Below, piece after piece: positions 11,250 to 21,619 of a stretch of 64,000 nucleotides of DNA. Position numbers and translations under genes: made by a program. This stretch comes from a bacterium (GTDB lineage: Bacteria; Fidelibacterota; Fidelibacteria; Fidelibacterales; Fidelibacteraceae). The notes beneath the pieces are model-generated. The model did no database searches. It was not told the DNA's origin and was given only the letters and a program-made list of their open reading frames with translations. Within the stretch, counting starts at the first letter, position 1. Every line of letters starts with the position of its first letter. The stretch is from positions 1,568,001 through 1,632,000 of the forward strand of contig OY781066.1 in NCBI GenBank assembly GCA_963676395.1, in the 5' to 3' direction.

Positions 11250-12929
11250 ATGAAAAAAATATTAGCATACTTACTTTTAATGTTGTCTTTCTCAACACTC
11301 TATGCTTTGGAGCTGGTTGTCGTACCTCTTTCGGGAATTAATGATACATTGGAATTTGAGCAGGATATGAGTTTTTATTTTTCGGATCCCAATGCTGAAG
11401 TCACGCAATTGGTACAACCCAAAAATGCTGCCGTAAATGTATCTGTTTCTCCGCTATTTGTATGGCGACTTGTTGAGGGAAAGAGTTATGAGTTATTGTT
11501 ATCGCAAAGCGAAAGCTTTAGCGACACCTTGTTTCATGTTTCGGGATTGGATACCAATGCTTTTCGATATCAAGGGTCACTCTTGCAAAGCAGTAAATAC
11601 TATTGGAAAGTTCGTCTTTCGGGTGAAGAGTCCTGGACATTACCCAGATATTTCAAAACATATGCTCCCCCTGTTCCCCGGAAAATCGAATCCTGGGCGG
11701 TTCAGGGGAATAATTCCGGTATAGAACTTATCATTCAGGATGAAATGATCGTAGACTCCTTTATGGTTTTACTATTCACAGATGCTTTAGATCTTTACGA
11801 CACGCTTTATATTGATTCTTCTTATGCATCCTTAGATGAATTACAAGAAAACGCATATTTTATTAAGGTCGCCGGAATGAATTCCAGTGGTACAAGTCCA
11901 CTTTCTGAGATGTTGTTTGCTACGATTTCCAATGATGCTCAAACGGTGTTGATCGTTCAGGGATTTGAACGACAAACAACTGGAAATGATGGTGATCATA
12001 TTCTTCGTCACGCACAAGCATTGAACCGGTTGGCCATGTCTGTAGCATCAGCGACTAATGATGCCATAAATTGTAATTTTAAAGTTTTACCCGATTGGGA
12101 AATGATAGATTATATACTGGGGGAGGAAAGTACTGTAGATGAAACTATTTCGACTTCTGAGATAGCACTTTTTAAAGATTATTTGCAAAAAGGTGGTAAA
12201 TTATTTGTATCGGGAGCTGAACTTGCCTGGGATCTGGATCATAAAGGGACGTCCGCAGAAAAAGCATTTTGTCATGATTTTCTTCATCTTGCATACTATC
12301 AAGATGCGCCGGGTGGTCAGTCTTCGACAAATTATCACGTTCGCGGCATAGGAGATACAGTCTTTTCAGCCTTAGGAAATTTCTCTTTTGATAATGGAAC
12401 ACATGGATCATATAACGTAAAATATGCGGATGTGTTTACTCCCAAGAATGGTGCACAAAAGGTTTTTGAATATCCCGGTTTTGCCGGAGCGGCCGGTGTG
12501 GTATATGAGGGGTATTTTCCTGAGGGACTTGAATCCGGGAAAATTATGGTTTTAGGGTTCCCTTTTGAAACGGTGTATCCCGAGTCGAAACGACTTGAAC
12601 TGATGCATAGCTTTGTTGAGTTTTCTCAGCATGGTTTGGCCGTGTTGAAAAATGATATACCCGTAGAACATAAGCTACTTCCCAATTATCCAAACCCCTT
12701 TAATCCAAAGACAGCTATTACTTATCAGTTGTCAGCAATTAGTGATGTTGAAATTATAGTGTATGATATGAATGGCAGAAAGGTCAGTTCCTTGGTAAAT
12801 AGATCTCAAATAGCCGGCAGTTACCGGGTAATTTGGGATGCCTCACACTTAAGCTCCGGAATATATTTTACTGTGATGAAGGTGGATGGAAAAATTATTG
12901 AAACTCAAAAGTTGACCTTGATGAAGTGA
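11250..12929 (+). CDS. Secreted protein with Fn3-like domains and T9SS/FlgD-type C-terminal sorting domain
   Basis: Signal peptide; YYWKVR Fn3-like motif; C-terminus NYPNPFNPKT...YDMNGRKV...SSGIYF...QKLTLMK. Confidence 0.85.
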   Translation: MKKILAYLLLMLSFSTLYALELVVVPLSGINDTLEFEQDMSFYFSDPNAEVTQLVQPKNAAVNVSVSPLFVWRLVEGKSYELLLSQSESFSDTLFHVSGLDTNAFRYQGSLLQSSKYYWKVRLSGEESWTLPRYFKTYAPPVPRKIESWAVQGNNSGIELIIQDEMIVDSFMVLLFTDALDLYDTLYIDSSYASLDELQENAYFIKVAGMNSSGTSPLSEMLFATISNDAQTVLIVQGFERQTTGNDGDHILRHAQALNRLAMSVASATNDAINCNFKVLPDWEMIDYILGEESTVDETISTSEIALFKDYLQKGGKLFVSGAELAWDLDHKGTSAEKAFCHDFLHLAYYQDAPGGQSSTNYHVRGIGDTVFSALGNFSFDNGTHGSYNVKYADVFTPKNGAQKVFEYPGFAGAAGVVYEGYFPEGLESGKIMVLGFPFETVYPESKRLELMHSFVEFSQHGLAVLKNDIPVEHKLLPNYPNPFNPKTAITYQLSAISDVEIIVYDMNGRKVSSLVNRSQIAGSYRVIWDASHLSSGIYFTVMKVDGKIIETQKLTLMK

Positions 12930-13075
12930 TTGGTCTAATGAAATTTTGTGTAAGAAGTCGACGGTAGAGTTAGATCAAGCCTAGGATTTAATATTTATTT
13001 TGTTTTCGCGCTTCAGCGATTTAAGCTTTTCGCTTAATTAATAACACGCCTATTTGGGAGCCAAAATCCTAAATA

Positions 13076-14734
13076 TTATTCAAAATTCTCAACCTTTAAC
13101 TCATTAATAACATGTTGTAATGAATCTAGGGCGTCTTTGGGCAGTTTATCTCTGCTACCTTTAAATGAGTCACGGGAACGTATAAATTCAAGACGTTCTT
13201 TAAAACGTTTTATAAAGGCTTCTTTGTAGTATTTATTGTCCAATGAGGTCTCAAAGCCTTCTATATTCATGATTTTTATATCGTCAAATGGTCCCCAGTT
13301 AACAAAGTTTTCTTTATCTTCAATGATGGTTTCAATAATTTCCAGAGTGTGTTTAGGTTCAACTTTCTTGCCCATAAAATAGCCGGTATTAAGGACATAA
13401 CATTTTACGCCATCTTGTATAAGTTTTTTAAAGCGATTATAATCCATAGCCAGCGGGTAGGTGCGGAATGGATTGGCATAAGGTTCTACGACCAGAGCAT
13501 CGGGATTTACGCCGGGAGCCAGGCGCTCTGCAGAGGTTCGTTTAGTAGCCAACGTGGCACCCATTGCAGCGCCCAGGGAGGCACCTTCAAGTTGGATCAC
13601 CGGTGGGATAGTTGGGTCTTTCATGAGCCAAAAGATCGCATTGATTGGTTCATCTATCCGGTCAACCCGGTTTTCGGTCCATAGTTTTGATTTTACCGCC
13701 CGCCCGTTTCCGTTACGAAGATCTTCGGTTACCGGATATAGTTTTCCATCATCGTATTTAACCGCTCCATTATTCTGTAGCGTTAGGATGTATTTATTAT
13801 CCTCACAATCCATGGGATAATCCTGAGTTTTATCAAAATAGGCCGGTTCCATGGCGATGGAGTATTTTTCATCTGCATTGATTATAAATGCATCATCATG
13901 CAGAACCGTTACATCATATTTATCGTGATGTTTTGCATGAGTAATGGTGGATTTTCCTGAGCCTGAAAGTCCAAATACGGCAACCGTATAAGCGCCATCA
14001 TCCAAATTATATCGTTTAAGGCCACCATGGCAGGAAGCATAACCATTGCGTGCCGCCGTACCCCAACCCAAAGTAAGTGTACCCTTTTTAAGTTCTCCAA
14101 AATAGCGCATACCCAATAGGGCGGCACAGTTATAATCACTATCAAAAAAGGTTAATCCCAGTGGATGATCCTCATGTTTCCAATCGGGGTCGGCAAAAAT
14201 ATATATATCACCTTCGGGAAGTTTACGAGAGTTTTCGTATTGCTTTATCATGTTTTCACTGAGATATTGAAAATTCAGCATCCACGAAAGTAGCAGGTTT
14301 TCATAATTCTCAGGAATCAGCAGGTGAGCTTTAACCATAAAATCACGGTCTAATCCAACGAGTGCTTCTGCATGATACATTTTGCGATAACGAGTGTCAT
14401 AAATCGCATCCCGGATCTTTGCGGAATAATCATTGATCTCTACACCGGGTTCTCCCAAAATTCGGCGTGCAGCAGCGCAGCGACCGTAGACGGCTCCATC
14501 ATTAAAAAGGAGGACATTCGCATCGTTTGGCAAGCCTTGTTCTTGAGGTTTATAGATGGGCATGCCTGTTAGCTCAAGGGTGCCGGGTGAAGTCTTGGCC
14601 AAAGAGTAGGCTTCGGAAACCGTTTTTACCGGAACAATATTGTTGGAGTAAAAAGCCGTTTGTATAGTGGTTCGTATCTTTGAAGTGATCGATTTAAACT
14701 CTTTGTTATTCGTATAATGCCCGATCGTAGCCAT
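13076..14734 (-). CDS. Phosphoenolpyruvate carboxykinase (ATP), divergent family
   Basis: YFGELKKG, CHGG, P-loop FGLSGSGKST, LHDD, RNGNGR, NPFR. Confidence 0.88.
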   Translation of the reverse strand: MATIGHYTNNKEFKSITSKIRTTIQTAFYSNNIVPVKTVSEAYSLAKTSPGTLELTGMPIYKPQEQGLPNDANVLLFNDGAVYGRCAAARRILGEPGVEINDYSAKIRDAIYDTRYRKMYHAEALVGLDRDFMVKAHLLIPENYENLLLSWMLNFQYLSENMIKQYENSRKLPEGDIYIFADPDWKHEDHPLGLTFFDSDYNCAALLGMRYFGELKKGTLTLGWGTAARNGYASCHGGLKRYNLDDGAYTVAVFGLSGSGKSTITHAKHHDKYDVTVLHDDAFIINADEKYSIAMEPAYFDKTQDYPMDCEDNKYILTLQNNGAVKYDDGKLYPVTEDLRNGNGRAVKSKLWTENRVDRIDEPINAIFWLMKDPTIPPVIQLEGASLGAAMGATLATKRTSAERLAPGVNPDALVVEPYANPFRTYPLAMDYNRFKKLIQDGVKCYVLNTGYFMGKKVEPKHTLEIIETIIEDKENFVNWGPFDDIKIMNIEGFETSLDNKYYKEAFIKRFKERLEFIRSRDSFKGSRDKLPKDALDSLQHVINELKVENFE

Positions 14735-14749
14735 GACACGCTCCTTTTT

Positions 14750-16048
14750 CTATGCTTTTAGCATTTTACATGCTTCATATACATTTTCGAACAGTTGTTC
14801 GAGTTTCCTTATACCTACTGCGGAATATGCCAGTCGTAAAACACCACGAATGTAAATGGTCCCGGTATCGAATTTATCGATCAAGAGTTGACGGACTTTA
14901 TCGCCATCTAATCCTTCAACAAGGTCAACACACATAAAGTAGCCTGAATTATAGGGGAGGGGGCTAAAGTATTCGCTGTAACGCTCTTTATTTATTGCAA
15001 GAATGCTTTTGACTTTTTCGTAACGCGCGCGTAAAAGTTCAAAGTTTTCTTTTTTTTCTGTAGAATAGTTTGGGTGGCGGAAAGCTTCAAGTAGCAGCGA
15101 TTGAGAAATGTGCGGTGAGGACGAAACCGACGAGCGTATGCCTCCGGCAACACGGTCCTCAAGGTTTTTATATACTTCAGGTGATAAGCCTTTGCCGCCA
15201 AAGGTGATAAAACCGGTACGAAAACCCCAAACATAGTCCTCTTTTGTAGCACCGTCAACTTTGATGGCCAGCACATTTTCATGTAGGTCTGTTAAATGTG
15301 CAAATGCAGATTGAGTGTCTACATCATCTTCGTACACTAAACCAAAATAAGCATCATCGCAAATGACTAACACACGGTTTCCGATCTGAGCAGATGTTAG
15401 AACTAATGCTTTGATCTTTTGCATTTCTTTTTTTGTAGGTGTGTAACCTGTGGGATTGTTCGGAAAATTCAGTGCCAATATCTTTTTACCGGGTTTACCT
15501 TTTAGAAGCTTTTCCTCAAGAGCTTTTAAATTTATACCGCCATCTTTGTAAAATGGAAAGGTATCAAAATTTACATCACAGCGTTCTTTCATGAGCATAT
15601 TGTAGTTGCCCCAATACTTGTCGGCTACGATCACTGTATCTCCGGGATTCAAAAAGAGCATGGATACAATGCTGAGTCCATGTGATAAAGCCACGGTCAC
15701 TACAGGTAATGACGTTAGTTTTCCTTCAAGTGAGGGGTTTTTTTTCACCTGCATCACTTTCCATAGTTCGCGAAGCTCGGTGAGACCGGAATTGGGAGCG
15801 TATGGAAATATTTTTGAGGGCTCGAGTTTAACTAATTCTTCCAGAGAAGAAAGATGTACGGGGCTGGTATCATCTTTAAGCGCAATTCCGATAGTCGCAT
15901 TGATGGCGGTTCCTTTGGCTTGCATACTTTGGGAAAGGATCCCGGTTTTAGGAAAATAAGATTCCCGTCCTTTTCGGGATAGGAAATCATAAATAATGGG
16001 AGCTTCTTTCTTTAGCGCTTCATTCAGTTCAACTGCAAGTGGGTTCAT
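14750..16048 (-). CDS. Class I/II PLP-dependent aminotransferase
   Basis: ATIG, NFPNNPTGYT, DDAYFG, GATKE..WGFRTGF, LRLAYS; start revised to ATG 16048 (AAGGA upstream). Confidence 0.9.
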   Translation of the reverse strand: MNPLAVELNEALKKEAPIIYDFLSRKGRESYFPKTGILSQSMQAKGTAINATIGIALKDDTSPVHLSSLEELVKLEPSKIFPYAPNSGLTELRELWKVMQVKKNPSLEGKLTSLPVVTVALSHGLSIVSMLFLNPGDTVIVADKYWGNYNMLMKERCDVNFDTFPFYKDGGINLKALEEKLLKGKPGKKILALNFPNNPTGYTPTKKEMQKIKALVLTSAQIGNRVLVICDDAYFGLVYEDDVDTQSAFAHLTDLHENVLAIKVDGATKEDYVWGFRTGFITFGGKGLSPEVYKNLEDRVAGGIRSSVSSSPHISQSLLLEAFRHPNYSTEKKENFELLRARYEKVKSILAINKERYSEYFSPLPYNSGYFMCVDLVEGLDGDKVRQLLIDKFDTGTIYIRGVLRLAYSAVGIRKLEQLFENVYEACKMLKA

Positions 16049-16714
16049 GTTTGTCCTTAATAATATTTTCAGCAAATGTTTAAAATCGAAAGATAAATAT
16101 AGGGAGGAATTCTGAGAAAGTAAATATAATTGAGAATTGAGAGTTGAGGTGAGCGTTTGTTTTGTGCTTTACGCAGGAACCTTCACTCGCTGTGTGCATC
16201 CATGTAAATTCGTATTTGTCTAGATAAATTACTGTTTAATTTTCTTAAAAATGTGATGCCTGACACACTTTTATTTCCATGCTTGAAAGCTTATAATGCA
16301 TTGCTTATTTTCTTGAAAATATGGGGATGAAAATGAGCAAAGATAAACTCATTACTAAGCATGGCGGTTTCACCGAAAGAATGTATAGCATTCGGTTAAA
16401 AAGAAAAAACAAATAATTCACCATGTTTTTAGCTTGCTGCTTTTTATTTAATTTATTCCGCAAACGCTGTGTATGTTCAAATTTGTCCGTGTTTATCATT
16501 GTATCCTATCAATCTGTCCATCTTTAAATCGTTAGTATTTACAACTCATCATTAAAGAATTGTAATGTACACTGTAAAAATTTATTAAAATCTCTCTTAA
16601 GCATTACTTTTCCCCTTTAAACCTCAAAACTTTACGCGCATGTAATTTATTCTTGATTGCATAATTGATTTATTCGTATACTATTTTTGCAAGAAAAATG
16701 GAGTATGAAAGCGC

Positions 16715-17218
16715 ATGAAAGAGATCACGTTTATCACGACCGGTGGTACCATAGAAAAGACCTATAATGAGCATAATGGAGATCTGTCCAATCGTCAATC
16801 CATTTTAAATAAGATATTAATGACCCTTCGTTTGCCCAATCTTAAAATTTCCCAGCGAAATGTTATTTTCAAAGATTCATTGGATATGACCGATGTTGAC
16901 CGTGAAATTGTATTGGATATGACAAAACAAGCCATGAGTAACTCTGATGCGATTATTATACTTCATGGGACAGATACACTGGAGAAAACCGGGTGCTTGC
17001 TATATAATCAAATCAAACATCCAACATGTCCCATAATTTTTACCGGTGCAATGCGTCCTTACGAATTTCGTGACAGCGATGCCGCCCAAAATGTCACCGA
17101 AGCTTTGCTTGCCGCCACGATGGTTGAGCCGGGTATATATGTTGCCATGCATAATAAGGTTTTATCTTTTCCCGGTGTGAAAAAAGATAGAGAGAAGCTG
17201 ACCTTTGTTAATCATTGA
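16715..17218 (+). CDS. Short-chain (single-domain) L-asparaginase family protein
   Basis: TTGGTIEK, DSLDM, HGTDT, FTGAMRP, SDAAQN; GGAG RBS. Confidence 0.9.
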   Translation: MKEITFITTGGTIEKTYNEHNGDLSNRQSILNKILMTLRLPNLKISQRNVIFKDSLDMTDVDREIVLDMTKQAMSNSDAIIILHGTDTLEKTGCLLYNQIKHPTCPIIFTGAMRPYEFRDSDAAQNVTEALLAATMVEPGIYVAMHNKVLSFPGVKKDREKLTFVNH

Positions 17219-17325
17219 GACTTTTATATTCGTATCGTTTTAATCTTAAACCTTGTAGAGTTCCCTTTATTGACAAGCAATCGAAGATTTGATTGCGGAT
17301 GTCTTGATGCAACTTTTTGACCCCC

Positions 17326-17360
17326 AAAAAAAAGGACCTCGAAATTAATCAAGGCCCTTT
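17326..17360 (-). terminator. Intrinsic terminator downstream of the 17403-19763 gene
   Basis: Minus strand AAAGGGCCTTGA-TTAATT-TCGAGGTCC followed by a T run. Confidence 0.7.
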
Positions 17361-17402
17361 GTATTTTCGATTTACGCTCAACATCTTACGATGTTTTACT
17401 GT

Positions 17403-19763
17403 TTATTTAACGAACGCGATCTTCTGTACATCAACGACATCTTCAACCATAATTTTAACTAGGTAAAGACCTGTCGTCATATTGTTGGCAGTAATTTTAA
17501 GTTCATGAGAGCCAGCGTTCATCGTGCCGTTGGCCAATGTTGCAATTTCACGACCTGTTAATGTGTAAACTTTAGCGTTTACAACAGCTTCGCGTGAAAG
17601 TTCTACAGGAACAACCGCTGTAGGATTGAAAGGATTCGGATAGGCAGCACCGATCACGAAATCAGCTTCGACAACATCGTTGGCAAGTGTCACGGTAACA
17701 GCTTTGTCAGCGTATTTTGTTTCTTCGTTTGCGTAATCAACATCAGCTAGAACATAGGTGTAAGCAACACCGGGAACAACGCTTGCATCAGTATAAACAT
17801 AGTTGTTTGTTTCTGATGTTGTACCGGCACCTTCTACAGTGGCCAATACCTCGTTATTACGGTAGATCACAAAGTTAGCATTGTTAGTTTCAGAAGCAGT
17901 TTCCCATGCTAGTTCAATCACACCGGCTTTTGCTTTGGCTGTGAAAGCGGCAAGCTCTACAGCAAGAGGTTGTTCAATGTCATGTGTACCAGGAGTAGCA
18001 TTGCTAATCGCATTCATGTTCCAGTCAGAAGCTGTATTGCCTTCACCTGTCCTCCAAGCTCTTTGACCGCTTGATAATTGTTGATTTGTATATTCATTGT
18101 CAGCTATTGGATCAATATTAGTACCTGTTGCATCTTCGAATAGATATTGTTCGTCACCATTAATTTGGGGACATGCATTCTCTGAATTCACAAAAACAAC
18201 ATTCGCAGCTAAGGAAACTGACCATTCAGTTTCAAAAGCAGCTTGATCCATATTACGTGCTACAATTAAGAAACCCTTGGCAGGAATTGAGGTTGACGCA
18301 GGTATTGTGAAACTTTGAGTTGAACCAATTTGTCTTAAAACATAACTTGAAACATTTACAGCTGAGTTTGTTGAGTTGTAAATTTCAACGTATTCTCCAG
18401 CATAGTTGGCTGCGTCAGCATATTCGCTGATATAAACTCCACTACCTGTAGGCAATGCATCTGTTGTCTCTGAAACAGAGGGCACAACACCATCTGTTTT
18501 GTAATCAATGGCTTCGCCTGAGTTATTATATGGATAGATCTTGAATGTATATGCCGTTTCGGGGTCTAATCCTGTTACTGTAGCTGAAGTGCCACTAACA
18601 TTTTGAACGCTGTCAGCATTCACGATATCAATTTCATCAACAGGAATGTCACCCGTTGCTGTAACAATATAGCCATCTGCATCAGGTGTATTAGGGTCTG
18701 TCCATGATAAGGTAACTGATGTAGATGTTTTTGAGTCGGCAGAAAAATCAGTAATATGAGATGCGGGTTCAGTTTTCCACACATTACCATTTAAAGTAGT
18801 GTTTTTTGTAACTGCACCAGTAGAAGTTGCTGAGATAGTTTCTACATCATAACTGCCAGCACTTAATCCGGCCTTTAATCTTGTATAGATTGTTGTGGCA
18901 GCAATTGAGCCACTTAACTGTGTTAAAGTAATAGGATTAGTTGCAATAAAAGAACCACCGGTTCCTGTAGAAATCTCATAATTTGTGGGAGGAGTAACAG
19001 TAATGTTTGCGGTTAGGTCAGAGCCAGAAACAGTATAAGATTGTTCATACGATGGACCTGAACCCTCAACATATGAAAAACCTGATAATGACGTTTCACT
19101 CACAGTAATTACAGGAGAAGAACCAGCAGCAGTTGTGATAACGATATTATCAAGATAGATACTTTCATCGGTAGCGGTTAGTCCATTAAACTGAAGTTTA
19201 ATTACTAGACTTGTCCCTGAAATTGAAACATTATCTTTTGTAAATGTTTCAAAAGTAGTTCCATCTACTTTATTTTCAGGATCTGAATTCGCTGGTAATT
19301 CTTGTCCGATATCACCATTACCATCAAAGTCTAGATCAAGAGCAGCCGGATCATTGTATTGTTCACCAGTATTTTGAACCCACATAAGATTTTGATCAGC
19401 CCCTCCATCAACAGAGTATGTAATTAACAGTTCATCATTATCGTCCCAATCATTTGCATTTTTCGTAAAAAAATCAATGGAGAAAGAGAATGTTGATTGT
19501 GAGGAAATATCAATTGGTGAGAGGGTAATATTGGGATTTACTAGTGAAATATCTTCGCAAGCCCAATAAAAAGTCGCGTTGCCTCCATAAGAAGTATTCA
19601 CTCGGTTAAACACATCTGTTGTACCAGAACCCTCTGTAGCAGATGCAGTATAACCACTGTTTTCCGTTTCAAAATCAATGGTTGTTGTTGCACCCATCGC
19701 AACAACACTGATCAGTAGCGTAAGTAGTAAGGCAGATGTTAAAAGTTTAGCAATTTTTGTCAT
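17403..19763 (-). CDS. Secreted multidomain protein: Fn3, lamin-tail domain (LTD), C-terminal sorting domain
   Basis: Signal peptide; Fn3 (VTLSWT...TGLDPETAYTFKIYPYN); LTD (YISEYADA...EYVEIYN); PLAVELAAFTA Ig module; AYPNPFNPT...QKIAFVK. Confidence 0.87.
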   Translation of the reverse strand: MTKIAKLLTSALLLTLLISVVAMGATTTIDFETENSGYTASATEGSGTTDVFNRVNTSYGGNATFYWACEDISLVNPNITLSPIDISSQSTFSFSIDFFTKNANDWDDNDELLITYSVDGGADQNLMWVQNTGEQYNDPAALDLDFDGNGDIGQELPANSDPENKVDGTTFETFTKDNVSISGTSLVIKLQFNGLTATDESIYLDNIVITTAAGSSPVITVSETSLSGFSYVEGSGPSYEQSYTVSGSDLTANITVTPPTNYEISTGTGGSFIATNPITLTQLSGSIAATTIYTRLKAGLSAGSYDVETISATSTGAVTKNTTLNGNVWKTEPASHITDFSADSKTSTSVTLSWTDPNTPDADGYIVTATGDIPVDEIDIVNADSVQNVSGTSATVTGLDPETAYTFKIYPYNNSGEAIDYKTDGVVPSVSETTDALPTGSGVYISEYADAANYAGEYVEIYNSTNSAVNVSSYVLRQIGSTQSFTIPASTSIPAKGFLIVARNMDQAAFETEWSVSLAANVVFVNSENACPQINGDEQYLFEDATGTNIDPIADNEYTNQQLSSGQRAWRTGEGNTASDWNMNAISNATPGTHDIEQPLAVELAAFTAKAKAGVIELAWETASETNNANFVIYRNNEVLATVEGAGTTSETNNYVYTDASVVPGVAYTYVLADVDYANEETKYADKAVTVTLANDVVEADFVIGAAYPNPFNPTAVVPVELSREAVVNAKVYTLTGREIATLANGTMNAGSHELKITANNMTTGLYLVKIMVEDVVDVQKIAFVK

Positions 19764-19860
19764 TTGAAATTCCCCTTATATTTTCGTTATTATGAATAGC
19801 TCTATTTTAGCTATTTTAACTTCTAAATATAAGATGGATAGGACTGTATTTCAAGAATAA

Positions 19861-19898
19861 TTAAGAATAAATTAAGGAGTTCTTAAGGAATACTTAAA
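19861..19898. promoter_or_regulatory. 11-bp-period direct repeats (candidate OmpR/PhoB-family binding site)
   Basis: TTAAG at 19861, 19872, 19883 and TTAAA at 19894. Confidence 0.4.
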
Positions 19899-20191
19899 TT
19901 GTTTATTGTAGGTTAATATGTTATTTTGTGTTCTGATTTTTTCAATATTAAATGAACATAATTTTATGATATCTTTGTAAGTTATTCTTGATAATATTTA
20001 CTATGGTAAAACAGTCGATGCGTGAAAGCTAAAGAGTTAAAATAGGTCAACTCTAGCATTCTCAATGATTAATATCTTGACATCAATTATTCATTGAATT
20101 AAACTATAAATAGTATAGAATTAATAATAAGAATTTGGTATTATTGCGTTGAAATCTGTTATATTGTGTCTGAAAGGGAAAGAAGAAAATA

Positions 20192-20446
20192 ATGGATCCC
20201 ATTAATCTGCTTATTGCAGCTGTATCTATTTTTACTATTGGTACGATGATCACTTTTGTTCATTGTGTTTTTAGAGCCGAAAGAAAAATAAATTTCCTGC
20301 ATTTTATATTTAATATTAGCCAGTATTTTCAAAAACATAAACAAATATTACATGCTAAAGGCAAGAAAGCTTTGATACCTAAATTTTGGTATATTATTTC
20401 CTGGATATCTTTGTCTGTTTTTGTATTTGCCGTGATGGCGGTATAA
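20192..20446 (+). CDS. Small two-TM hypothetical protein
   Basis: 84-aa ORF, two hydrophobic segments, purine-rich leader. Confidence 0.5.
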   Translation: MDPINLLIAAVSIFTIGTMITFVHCVFRAERKINFLHFIFNISQYFQKHKQILHAKGKKALIPKFWYIISWISLSVFVFAVMAV

Positions 20447-20626
20447 CAAAGTATTGCGCCTGTACCTTGAATAATTATTTTTTATGATTTTTAAAGAAGC
20501 ATAATATTCCGGATATTGAGGCTTAGAGATAAGGGCAAGAAATTACTTAACGACACATAAAATATGTTTATAATAGCGATTTATATCACATTTTTAAACG
20601 GTGATGCGGGCTTAATTAAAATTTGT

Positions 20627-21619
20627 TTACATCAATACCACTGCTAAACCCACAAAGTAAAAATCATCGATATTTCGTAGTTGGCCGTGGGGGTTGATAC
20701 CGTGGTAGAGTCTTAAATAAGCACCGACTTTCCGTTGGCTTTTACTTTGATATTCCCAGCCGAAATAGGCATTTATATTCCAACGGCGAGCTTCGGGATC
20801 ATTCGCAAAGTAACCATATTTTACACGGTTTCTAAGCTCAATGGCATTGATTTGATGAAATAATTCGCTGGCACCTAATCCTTGAGTTCTACGCCAATTG
20901 ACTTGTAGCCAATACGAGAAGACATCCTTGCCGGGTAGCAAATCTTGTCCCTGCGTTTCGAGAAGATTATATTGGTAATAACCATCTTTAGCAAACCAAA
21001 CACGTTGTATGCCAATCCTTGCAGATAGCAGATTTCCTTTTAGCGTGTCGGGATCATTGATGGTCAATGCGACTTTCCAGGCTTCGTAGGAGACATTAAC
21101 TCGATAAAAATCCGGGTTAAGATTTATGCCTTCCATGACGAATTCATCCCCCAAATGTGTGCTTTCATGATACATTGGAACAATAATAAGCCCGAGATTC
21201 CTGATGCCTAAGCTTTCTATAGAAGGATGATAAATAACAGACCTGAGTTCCGAACCCAGCCAATAATCCGTGTTGATCACCATTCTTGTTGTGGGTTCAA
21301 GACTATCTAAAATAATATTAAAGGATCCTGTTATTAGTAACGTACTTTTTATGTGACCTTTTTGTAATTTTTTATAATATGACAAGAAGGGGATGTCAGT
21401 ACCGACACGACCCTCGGATACGGGACGTTTGTGATAGTCGGGTTTATGGTATAATTCCCCAAGGTCATTGATAAAGCCTTCTTCAAATTTGATCACAGAT
21501 GAATACATGTCAGATACAAAAGGTTTTCCAAAACGTTCCGGTGTGAAGAACTTATACTCGACGGCAAACAGTGAGCCGGCTAGAAGTATAAGCATGCAGA
21601 TTTTATAAAGCTTTTTCAT
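20627..21619 (-). CDS. Putative outer-membrane protein, DUF1207-like
   Basis: Signal peptide; INTDY, YHESTHLGDEF, YHGINPHGQ; amphipathic beta strands. Confidence 0.6.
   Translation of the reverse strand: MKKLYKICMLILLAGSLFAVEYKFFTPERFGKPFVSDMYSSVIKFEEGFINDLGELYHKPDYHKRPVSEGRVGTDIPFLSYYKKLQKGHIKSTLLITGSFNIILDSLEPTTRMVINTDYWLGSELRSVIYHPSIESLGIRNLGLIIVPMYHESTHLGDEFVMEGINLNPDFYRVNVSYEAWKVALTINDPDTLKGNLLSARIGIQRVWFAKDGYYQYNLLETQGQDLLPGKDVFSYWLQVNWRRTQGLGASELFHQINAIELRNRVKYGYFANDPEARRWNINAYFGWEYQSKSQRKVGAYLRLYHGINPHGQLRNIDDFYFVGLAVVLM

Noticed and set aside
16305..16499. 64-aa ORF in the aminotransferase/asparaginase intergenic region
   Set aside because: No recognisable motif and AT-rich; a weak RBS alone is insufficient
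16715..17218. Truncated asparaginase pseudogene
   Set aside because: Both catalytic Thr motifs and an RBS are intact; single-domain short asparaginases are a known class
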